Assembly (NCBI GenBank): GCA_040375295.1
Contig: JBEISR010000004.1
Span: forward strand, 122,584-186,583
Direction: 5' to 3'
DNA length: 64,000 nucleotides
Source: Planctomycetaceae bacterium
GTDB taxonomy: Bacteria > Planctomycetota > Planctomycetia > Pirellulales > Pirellulaceae
Program-made: the position numbers and the translations under genes
The notes under the pieces: model-generated
Database searches by the model: none
Told to the model about the DNA's origin: nothing
The model's input: the letters and a program-made list of their open reading frames with translations, nothing else
Shown: positions 10,748 through 18,758 of the stretch, piece after piece
Layout: the number at the start of each line of letters is the position of its first letter
How positions within the stretch are numbered: position 1 is the first letter of the stretch

Positions 10748-10983
10748 CAGCGATGCTGAAGGACCCCGTGTGGCTCGTCATTGCAAGGCTCGATCGCTCA
10801 CCCATGACGCCGTCGAGGTTTCCGCAAGCCACTCGCAATAGGACAAAGTGTGGTCGGAATGTTTCGGTGATGTGTGGCGGATAGCCGAAGGTGCGAAAGC
10901 TAGCCGTGGTTCCTCGAGTGATCTTCTGAGGGTGGAGGTAGACGGCATCATTGCCTCTCCGCAGCACCGATCGCGTGCAGGGC

Positions 10984-12054
10984 CTAGAAGGATCGATCGA
11001 AGGATCGATCGTCCTCCGGGTAGAGAATCTTGGCGATCTCATCGGGATGGCGAAAGAGTTTGACAGGGACGGGTTGGCATCGGTGAAGGACGCGCCGTAG
11101 TCGTTCGCCTTCCATGGGTCGTTGAGGCAGGTCCCGAATCAGCACATGGCGGACCTGATAGGGGTACTTGGAGGCGAGTTTGGCGTAGATTTCGGGATCC
11201 CTTTCGCCACTGTCTCCGATCAGCACGAACTTTCGCTGGGGCATTCGATCGATCATTCCTGCGATGATGCCGCCTTTGCTTTTACGCCGCAGCAATCTCC
11301 ATCGTTTGAAGATTTCGTCTCTCAGTTGAAACCATCGCAAGTGCATGGAGCCGGAGGGGAATTGGGAGGCCTCCAGGAAGGCCTCCAGGGGTTGGAACAG
11401 TTGCCAGGGGCTGCTGGAGACGTAATGGAACAGTGCTCCCTGATCGCTCCACATGCGATACAGGCTAGCCATCCCGTCGATTGGCTCAAAGGGACGCAGG
11501 AAGGTTTGAGCTAGGAGTTCCTTGCGATCGGTCACTCGCGTGTCTTTGATCGTGTCGTCGATATCCGTCACGATGCTGGTGCCCCTGGGGGGGATCAGAA
11601 AGATCTTGCCTCGAGCGGTGATGGCCTCTTCCTCTAGCGAGCAATCGATGGTGATGGAAGGGTGCCAGGTGCCAGCTTCCTCACCGGGGATTTGGAGGAT
11701 GGATGCAGGAAGATCGATCTTCGAGGCGAACAGTCCGTTGCCTCGCGTTCGCCTTTTGAGTCGAAGGGTATGGGATCCGATGCGGAGGAAGATGCGTTGG
11801 CCAGCTTCTCCTTTGCGAAGAAACGGGCCGATGCGTTCCTGGAAGCATTGCTGGTCGATGTCGCGCTGGTTGGCCTTGAGCGACCGAAGCAGTTGATGCA
11901 GCAACCAGCGTTTGCCGATGGAAGGGGGCGCCTGGCGCGTCAGTCTTCCTTGCAGCATCAGTCGCCAGGTCTCGCCGCGCGGATGTTGGTACGCGATCGA
12001 GGGAAAGATATCCAGTTGCAGCGGCATGGATTGCGCAGTCACTTGGGATGCCAT
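10984..12054 (-). CDS. App1-like phosphatidate phosphatase (DUF2183 family)
   Basis: IVTDIDDTIKDT is a DxDxT motif. FHYVSSSPWQLF and VLIGDSGERDPEIY match the App1/DUF2183 pattern. The start is ambiguous (12102, 12054 or 12027). Confidence 0.7.
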   Translation of the reverse strand: MASQVTAQSMPLQLDIFPSIAYQHPRGETWRLMLQGRLTRQAPPSIGKRWLLHQLLRSLKANQRDIDQQCFQERIGPFLRKGEAGQRIFLRIGSHTLRLKRRTRGNGLFASKIDLPASILQIPGEEAGTWHPSITIDCSLEEEAITARGKIFLIPPRGTSIVTDIDDTIKDTRVTDRKELLAQTFLRPFEPIDGMASLYRMWSDQGALFHYVSSSPWQLFQPLEAFLEASQFPSGSMHLRWFQLRDEIFKRWRLLRRKSKGGIIAGMIDRMPQRKFVLIGDSGERDPEIYAKLASKYPYQVRHVLIRDLPQRPMEGERLRRVLHRCQPVPVKLFRHPDEIAKILYPEDDRSFDRSF

Positions 12055-12079
12055 GGAGCGGAAAGCGGAGGGGCGCTCA

Positions 12080-12907
12080 TCAGGGCTTGAGCGTTTTCGC
12101 ATCCAGACGCTGTTCGAACAACCACTGATGCAGTTCCGGGTTGGCGTAGGTGGCTGTCCAGCTGTCGTGGCCCGCCTCGGGGTACTCGGTGTACTTCGGC
12201 TTCCCCCCCGCTTGCTCCATCGCCTTGATCATCTCGCGCGATCGTTCCGGCTTGACCACGCCATCCCTTCCGCCATGGAAACACCAGACGGGAAGCTGCT
12301 TGAACCGGGGTGCGGTCTTGGGATCGCCACCACCGCAGATCGGTACGGCGGCTGCAAACAAATCGGGGTAGCGCGCGATGGCATCCCAAGTGCCATACCC
12401 ACCCATGGAAAGCCCGGTGATGTAAATGCGGGTCGGATCGGCTTTCTTTTGTTCGATCAGATCGCGAACGATGGCGACGGCAAGGGCCAGCGAATCGGAG
12501 GAGTCTTTCGGAAGATCATGCTGATCGGCCGACCAGTCCACCTCCACCCAGCGCCGTCCAGAGGGGCACTGAGGAGCGATGACGTAGCAGGGATGCTTCG
12601 ACTGGGCATCCTTGGAAACAAACTGAGAGACCCCATGGACCAGTTGCTTCGAGTTGTCATCGCCCCGCTCCCCGGCCCCATGAAGGAACAGGACCACTGG
12701 CAGTGCTTCGGTCGCCTGGGCAGGTTCCAGGATGCGGTACTTGAGCGATTTGTCGCCTTGAGTCAATTCACGGCGAGCCAATTGCTCCATCCAATCCTTT
12801 CCATCCTGGCCCATGCATCGGGAAGCTGAGGGAAGCAGGAAACAGGCGAGGGTCAGCAAACCGCAAACCGTGGCAGTGGGTATCGGTCTTTGAAAAGCCG
12901 GAAGCAT
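12080..12907 (-). CDS. secreted alpha/beta hydrolase (esterase or predicted peptidase)
   Basis: ORF 12080-13000. A signal peptide follows the start at 12907 (MLPAFQRPIPTATVCGLLTLACFLLPSASRC). LFLHGAGERG and the nucleophile elbow GLSMGG are present. Confidence 0.8.
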   Translation of the reverse strand: MLPAFQRPIPTATVCGLLTLACFLLPSASRCMGQDGKDWMEQLARRELTQGDKSLKYRILEPAQATEALPVVLFLHGAGERGDDNSKQLVHGVSQFVSKDAQSKHPCYVIAPQCPSGRRWVEVDWSADQHDLPKDSSDSLALAVAIVRDLIEQKKADPTRIYITGLSMGGYGTWDAIARYPDLFAAAVPICGGGDPKTAPRFKQLPVWCFHGGRDGVVKPERSREMIKAMEQAGGKPKYTEYPEAGHDSWTATYANPELHQWLFEQRLDAKTLKP

Positions 12908-13105
12908 GGAAACACTCCTGATGCAGGGTGTGCGACGAATCTGGCCGACCCAAGTGGCTTGGCCACGCAACGATAGTGCGTCGATCTTCCCCAGTTCCAT
13001 CTGCCTGGAAAAGACGATCGCTGATCCACAGTATAGTCACAACCAGACCAATCGCAGGAATTAGGCGATGTCCCGAACAACTGATTCGGGTTCCGGAATC
13101 GACTA

Positions 13106-14065
13106 TCAGGTTCCCTCAGGAGAGGATTCGGCCATTTCCCGAGCGTGATAGCTGCTTCGGACGAATGGCCCGGAAGCGACCTGGGAAAAGCCCATACCCC
13201 GCGCCAGCTTGCCGAGTTCTTCAAATTCAGCCGGGGGAATGTATCGAACAACCGGAAGGTATTTGGGGCCAGGCTGCAGGTACTGCCCGAGCGTCAGAAA
13301 GTCGCAATCATACTCCCGAAGATCGGCCAGGCATTCCAGCACTTCTTCCTGGGTCTCGCCCAGTCCCAGCATCAAGCCGCTCTTGGTTTTAATCTGGGGA
13401 TCGTATTGCTTGACTCGGCGCAGCAATTCCAGCGTCCAACGGTAGTCGCTTTTGGGACCACGAACGCGTCGGTAGAGTCGGGGGACGGTTTCCATGTTGT
13501 GATTGAAAACTTCGGGTCTGGCCTGGCAGATTCGCTCTAGCACCTCTTTTTGCTGGACGAAATCGGGCGTCAGCACTTCGATCGTTGCGCCGGTCCGCCG
13601 TCGCACCTCCTGAATGCACTGGGCGAAATGCTCGGCTCCTCCATCCGGAAGATCATCCCTGGTCACGCTGGTGAGCACGACGTGCTTGAGTCCCAGTCGC
13701 TCGGCGGCCAGCGCCACTCGCTCCGGCTCATCGGCTTGTAGCGGTTGAGGACGACCTCGCGAGACGGCACAGAAACCACAGGGGCGAGTGCAGACGTTGC
13801 CAAGGATCATGAAAGTGGCTGTCTTCTGTGAGTAACACTCCATGCGGTTAGGACACTTGGCGTTGTCGCAGACCGTTTCTAGCTTCAGCTCTTCCAAAAG
13901 CCCGGCGGTGAAGTGATTTGCGTTTCCCTTCGGGATTTCTCTTCGAAGCCATTCAGGAAGTCGACCAGACCGCTCGAAGAGGGGAGGTTGTGCCTCGACA
14001 GCCCTAGAGCCGCTGGGACCTTTTGGCGGATTGGAATCGTCCGAAACGACAGGCAGTTCAATCAT
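13106..14065 (-). CDS. lipA: lipoyl synthase
   Basis: It carries the N-terminal auxiliary cluster motif CPNRMEC and the radical SAM motif CTRPCGFCAV. Length is 319 aa. Confidence 0.95.
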   Translation of the reverse strand: MIELPVVSDDSNPPKGPSGSRAVEAQPPLFERSGRLPEWLRREIPKGNANHFTAGLLEELKLETVCDNAKCPNRMECYSQKTATFMILGNVCTRPCGFCAVSRGRPQPLQADEPERVALAAERLGLKHVVLTSVTRDDLPDGGAEHFAQCIQEVRRRTGATIEVLTPDFVQQKEVLERICQARPEVFNHNMETVPRLYRRVRGPKSDYRWTLELLRRVKQYDPQIKTKSGLMLGLGETQEEVLECLADLREYDCDFLTLGQYLQPGPKYLPVVRYIPPAEFEELGKLARGMGFSQVASGPFVRSSYHAREMAESSPEGT

Positions 14066-14248
14066 GTTGGTTAGGTGAAGCCCGAAGTGTTGAGTTCCGT
14101 GAAGCGATCGTTAGGCCTCCGACCCAAGTCGCAGGCCAACAAGAGGCGGTCATCCATCGCTAATCTCTTGCCAGTGTACCAGCAGGTCGAATCTTTGCAT
14201 TCGGAACCAAACAACACACCCAATCCAACAACCTCGCTACCCACTCAT

Positions 14249-14606
14249 TTCCTTCTTTGCCAGCATTTTCCTCAATTGGTGCCACCCACCTTTTGTGCAC
14301 CTTTTGAGATTGGTGCCACCCACCTTTTGAGATTGGTGCCACCCACCTTTTGTGTTTGATGTTGGTTTGGGGCGAAAGGGATGGATGGGTGGTGTGTGGG
14401 GTTCAGGGAGGCAAGTTGGTGCCAGGCACTAAACAGCGTTTCTAATCAGCGTTTTTCCTTCTTTGCCAGCATTTTCCTCAATTGGTGCCACCCACCTTTC
14501 GAGATTGGTGCCACCCACCTTTTGTGTTTGATGTTTGTTTGGGGTGAAAGGAATGGATGGGGGGTGTGTGGGGTTCTGAGAAGCAAATTGGTGCCAGGCA
14601 CCAATC
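14249..14606. repeat. imperfect tandem duplication (~206-nt period) containing five copies of ATTGGTGCCACCCACCTTT and two TTGGTGCC-A-GGCACCAA palindromes
   Basis: Unit A spans 14249-14430 and unit B 14455-14606, and both start TTCCTTCTTTGCCAGCATTTTCCTCAATTGGTGCC. Short-motif copies lie at 14275, 14309, 14332, 14481 and 14504. There is a perfect palindrome at 14588-14604 and an imperfect one at 14416-14430. G-tract-rich segments lie in between. Confidence 0.85.
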
Positions 14607-15283
14607 CGTTCTTTGCTGACATTCTTGGGAGGTTATTTCCTCTTTTTGGGGGATTTCTGGGGAGCTGAAACGACTGGCAGTTGGTTGTCGAGTTCCTCGA
14701 TCTCGGGGCCGCGACAAGGTCCACGCATGTCTATCCCCCTGAATGAGCGTAGGGTGTGGCTAAAGAGTGTTCACCTAAATTGGGGGGTGTGGTGGAGTCT
14801 TTTTGTCCTAGCCAAATCCGGTAACCGCGAGGTTTTTCTTGTGGTTGAGAGAGTGGCTTCCAATCGATCCGGCCAGGAAGTGGATGACCTGGGGGAGTTG
14901 TTCGTCGCAGTTTCCAGGCAGGGTGATGAGAGGATACCGTTCGTTATCTTGGGCCGACCAAGCCAACGAGTTGGGCGCGAAGGAGGGAGGGATGGACGGG
15001 TGTTGGCATCGATCTCGGTTTTGAGGTGGAGGAACTACGTAGCGGAATTGGTGCTGCGGAGTCTCGGAAAACGATTCCTCGGTTTGGGCGGACCAGTGCA
15101 AGCGGTCCTGTGGAATCGAGCGCTGGGCCGGCAAGGTAGGCATGGTTCCATTTCCGCCTACAATGATCTTGGCTATGCCAGCGTTCCTTCTTCGTAGACG
15201 GCAAGTCCTTTGTTTCAGTCAGGCTCCTATTACCAGCCAAAGACTCCAACGGGAGCTGGCTCAAGGCGAAAGCATGCTGCTGG

Positions 15284-15808
15284 ATGTCTAAGTCGAAGGG
15301 GAAAAAAACTGGCGCGCCCCCGGACAAAAGCGCTGCCGCCCAAGGCAACCCGGCCAACGTGAAATTGATCGCCGAGAACCGAAAGGCTCGCCAGAGGTAC
15401 GAAATCCTCGAACAGGTCGAGTGTGGGATGGTTCTGGTAGGGAGCGAGGTGAAGAGCCTACGCAACGGCAAGTGCTCGCTGGACGAAGCCTATGGTCGCG
15501 TCAAAGGGGGTGTCTTGCTATTGGTTGGATGCGATATCCCCGAGTACAAGCAAGCCACCTTCTGGAATCATGAACCCAAACGCCCTCGCCAACTGTTGCT
15601 CCACAAGCGTCAATTGAACCGATTCGTCGGCAAGTCGGTAGAAAAAGGGCTGACGCTGATTCCCTTGAAGCTGTACTTCAACGAGCGGGGGATTGCCAAG
15701 TGCCTGATTGGCCTTTGTCGCGGGCTGAAATTGCACGACAAACGGGAGCAACTCAAGAAGGCTGACGCTCAACGTGACATTCAGCGTGCGATGCGCAAGA
15801 AGGGGTAG
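15284..15808 (+). CDS. smpB: SsrA-binding protein
   Basis: 174 aa. NRKARQRYEILE, GSEVKSLR and the basic C-terminal tail (LHDKREQLKKADAQRDIQRAMRKK) are present. Confidence 0.95.
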   Translation: MSKSKGKKTGAPPDKSAAAQGNPANVKLIAENRKARQRYEILEQVECGMVLVGSEVKSLRNGKCSLDEAYGRVKGGVLLLVGCDIPEYKQATFWNHEPKRPRQLLLHKRQLNRFVGKSVEKGLTLIPLKLYFNERGIAKCLIGLCRGLKLHDKREQLKKADAQRDIQRAMRKKG

Positions 15809-15813
15809 CCAGG

Positions 15814-16488
15814 GTGTTGCGGATCAAGAATCTTCGCAAATCGTATCCTGATCCGTCCGGAGGACTGGTCGAGATTCTTGACATTCCGCATTTTGAGGTC
15901 GCCGAAGGCGAGCAACTGGCGTTGGTTGGCCGAAGCGGAGGAGGCAAGACCACACTGCTTCACATCATTTCGGGGATTACCAAGGCTGACAGCGGGTTGG
16001 TGATGCTGGACGGTATCGACCTGACTCGGTTGAGCGAGGCGGCGAGAGATCGAGTTCGCGCCTCGAAGATCGGTTATGTCTTTCAGACCTTCAACCTGCT
16101 TCCCGGCTTCACCGCCCTGGAGAATGTCCGGCTTGGAATGACCTTCGCTCAGGGCCGTCGCGATTTGGGGCGAGCCAAGGAGCTGTTGGAAAGGGTTGGA
16201 CTGGCGCAGCGAATGCACTACAAACCGAACCAACTTTCGGTCGGTCAGCAGCAGCGAGTTGCAGTGGCAAGGGCTTTGGCCAATCGCCCGAGGCTGCTTT
16301 TGGCCGATGAACCGACGGCGAATGTCGATGCAGCGCATCAGCAGATGATTGTCGATCTGTTGCGAGAGGTCTGCCGACTGGAAAAGGTTGGGATGCTTCT
16401 GGTGACACACTCCCAGGAGGTTGCAAGGCAAATGGACCGGGTCGAGCATCTGGAGCAGATCAATCGAACCCTGGAAGGTGTCTCATGA
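15814..16488 (+). CDS. ABC transporter ATP-binding protein (LolD/MacB-type)
   Basis: GTG start. Walker A is GRSGGGKTT, the ABC signature is LSVGQQQRV and Walker B is LLLADEP. Confidence 0.9.
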   Translation: MLRIKNLRKSYPDPSGGLVEILDIPHFEVAEGEQLALVGRSGGGKTTLLHIISGITKADSGLVMLDGIDLTRLSEAARDRVRASKIGYVFQTFNLLPGFTALENVRLGMTFAQGRRDLGRAKELLERVGLAQRMHYKPNQLSVGQQQRVAVARALANRPRLLLADEPTANVDAAHQQMIVDLLREVCRLEKVGMLLVTHSQEVARQMDRVEHLEQINRTLEGVS

Positions 16489-17897
16489 ATCTCTTCCACA
16501 TCGCCTGGCGCAACCTTCAGCACCGTTGGCTGGCCAGTTGGTTGACACTACTTTCGATGGCCTTGGGCGTGGCGCTGGTGGTTTTAGTCCTGGCTATCAG
16601 CGGTCTGATTCAGGAGACGTTTCGTCGCAACAGCAACGTCGGGTACAACTTGGTGGTCGGTCCCAAGGGCAGTCCCCTTCAACTGACACTCAGCTCCGTC
16701 TTCTACCTCAGTAAGCCGGTCGGGACACTCCCTTATCGCTACTACCTGGAGTACCTGCCCAAGCCCGCGCGGGAGCAGGCGTATCGGCAGCTGGGTGGAT
16801 CTCCCGAGGAGGGGGCTCGCAATGGTAGCTACGGCATGTTTGTCGGCAATGGTTTTGCGCTGCCGATCTGCCTGGGTGATTACGTCGGGCCCTTTCGAAT
16901 TGTCGCCACGACAGTCGACTATCTGGGGCAGCTAAGGCACGGACCAGATAACGACCGCACCTTTGAGTTCGCCCAAGGGAGGAACTTCCAGGAAGATTCG
17001 CAGGAGCATGGTTTCTTCGAAGCGGTGGTCGGTTCGATCGTAGCCAAGGAGATGAATTTCAAGCTGGGGGATGTCATCTATCCTTCCCATGGGCCAGATG
17101 GCGAATCCCATGGCGATGGCTTCACCATCGTCGGCATTCTCGAGCCAACCGGGACACCAACCGACCGCGTCGCCCTGATCAACATCGAAGGTTTCTACCT
17201 GCTGGAAGGGCACGTGGCACCGGAGCGGGATGAGGAGACGGGACTTGAGAAAGCGACCAAGCCAGCCGGGGATCTACAGGCACGGCAGGCCGACCAGCAG
17301 GTCGATCCACCGGCCAATTCCAAAGCGGGTCGCAAACGGCTGCCTCTCGATCAGCGCGAGGTCTCGGCCATTCTTCTAAAGACGGCAGGGTTTGTTGGAA
17401 TCGGGCTGCAACAGCAGATCAACAAAAGCTCGCGAGCTCAAGCGGTATCACCCATCGGCGAAATCGCAGGGCTGCTGGAGACCTTCTTTCAACCAGCTCA
17501 GTGGGCACTTCTGGCACTGACGGTGCTGGTTTGTCTGGTGAGCGCCATCAGCATTCTGGTGAGCATCTACAACTCCATGCATGAACGGACACGCGACATC
17601 GCCGTGATGCGAGCTCTGGGGGCTGGTCGAAACACCGTGCTTCTGGTGATCCTTGCCGAAGCCCTTCTGATTTCGGTGGGTGGGGGATTGCTGGGTTGGA
17701 CGATCGGCCATGCCATCGCCGCAGCGGCAAGCCCAGTCGTCGAAGCGAGAACTGGAATTCGCGTGGGATTCTGGAGCATGAACTCGGTGGCCGAGCCTTT
17801 CATCATCCCGGGGTTGGTCGTCATCGGAATCCTCGCTGGCTTGCTTCCGGCATTGATGGCCTACCGCACGGATGTCTCCCGTTCCCTCGCATCCTGA
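16485..17897 (+). CDS. ABC transporter permease, FtsX/MacB-like
   Basis: It overlaps the ATPase stop by 4 nt. It has an N-terminal TM, a large periplasmic domain and a C-terminal FtsX-type 3-TM bundle (RDIAVMRALGAGRN). Confidence 0.85.
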   Translation: MNLFHIAWRNLQHRWLASWLTLLSMALGVALVVLVLAISGLIQETFRRNSNVGYNLVVGPKGSPLQLTLSSVFYLSKPVGTLPYRYYLEYLPKPAREQAYRQLGGSPEEGARNGSYGMFVGNGFALPICLGDYVGPFRIVATTVDYLGQLRHGPDNDRTFEFAQGRNFQEDSQEHGFFEAVVGSIVAKEMNFKLGDVIYPSHGPDGESHGDGFTIVGILEPTGTPTDRVALINIEGFYLLEGHVAPERDEETGLEKATKPAGDLQARQADQQVDPPANSKAGRKRLPLDQREVSAILLKTAGFVGIGLQQQINKSSRAQAVSPIGEIAGLLETFFQPAQWALLALTVLVCLVSAISILVSIYNSMHERTRDIAVMRALGAGRNTVLLVILAEALLISVGGGLLGWTIGHAIAAAASPVVEARTGIRVGFWSMNSVAEPFIIPGLVVIGILAGLLPALMAYRTDVSRSLAS

Positions 17898-17910
17898 GCG
17901 ACTCGTTCGC

Positions 17911-18579
17911 TCAATCGCCAGAATCGATCTTCGGGACCAGCAATCGCATCGCAGCAGCGGCATCGACAGCGGACAAGGAGCGCGTTTGCCGCGTCTCCTT
18001 CGCGACGCACGACTCCAGCAAAAGGGCTCGCGGCAGAGATGCCAAGCCACGCACCCGTGTTCGTGGTGGAACTGGTAGACCAGCTTCACTCCTTCGCTTC
18101 ACCTCATCCATGCACTGCTCATCGGATCGGAACCATTTCCACGTCCCCTCTTCTTCCCAATAGAGCATCGGTGGGATGGCCACTTCCAGCCGGTTTCCCT
18201 CCAGCAGTTCTGGAATCATCCGATGAAAGAAGAGCAAGAGAAGCATGCCGGCGTGGACTCCGTCGGCATCGGGATCCATCAGCAGTACGATACGACGGTA
18301 CTGCAGGGCGACACGAGTAGGAGGCGGGGCGGAATCCTCAGGGCCTGCAATCGCCACCAGCAACTGAGAGAGCAATGGATGATTTCGTATCTGCTGCTCG
18401 GAGCACTTGTAGGCGTTGCGAGGTTTGCCCTGCATCGCCATCACAGCTTGGTGCACCGGATCGCGCACCGCAAGTACCGCACGCGCGGCCGAGTCACCTT
18501 CTACCACCAGCAGTTCGCCCAACTCCTGCCTTCGGTCGGTACTGCATTCGACCAGATGGGTTTTCCAGCGACGTTCCAT
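17911..18579 (-). CDS. stand-alone Toprim domain protein (GyrB/ParE-derived)
   Basis: ELLVVEGDSAAR aligns with the GyrB ELYLVEGDSAGG motif. LLMDPDADGVHAGMLLLLFFHR aligns with [23 protein letters not shown]. No ATPase or transducer domain is present. Confidence 0.7.
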   Translation of the reverse strand: MERRWKTHLVECSTDRRQELGELLVVEGDSAARAVLAVRDPVHQAVMAMQGKPRNAYKCSEQQIRNHPLLSQLLVAIAGPEDSAPPPTRVALQYRRIVLLMDPDADGVHAGMLLLLFFHRMIPELLEGNRLEVAIPPMLYWEEEGTWKWFRSDEQCMDEVKRRSEAGLPVPPRTRVRGLASLPRALLLESCVAKETRQTRSLSAVDAAAAMRLLVPKIDSGD

Positions 18580-18758
18580 GGAGTTGGTCTTTCACTGCGG
18601 GGCAAAGAACTCTGCTGGATGTCCTCTGGAGCATCTGGGCCGCAGGGTCTTACCCCGGCCAGATCGCTAACGCTGGTATCCGGATGTATTCCCTCTCCAT
18701 CTGCCGTGTTAGATTGATGCAATCGAGCGCCAAATGCAACATCGAAAAGGATCCTGCC

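Noticed and set aside
14249-14606. CRISPR array?
   Set aside because: There are only 2-3 short repeats per unit. The spacers themselves are duplicated between units, repeat spacing is irregular (23-34 nt), and no cas genes are present. This is a tandem duplication, not a CRISPR array.
14700-15283. Possible tmRNA (ssrA) next to smpB, prompted by a CTCCACCA string on the minus strand near 14790
   Set aside because: No T-arm (GGNNNTTCGANTCC) precedes the putative 3' end. There is no matching 5' acceptor strand or GGUUUCGAC-type element, and no Ala-rich tag ORF. The CCA is fortuitous.
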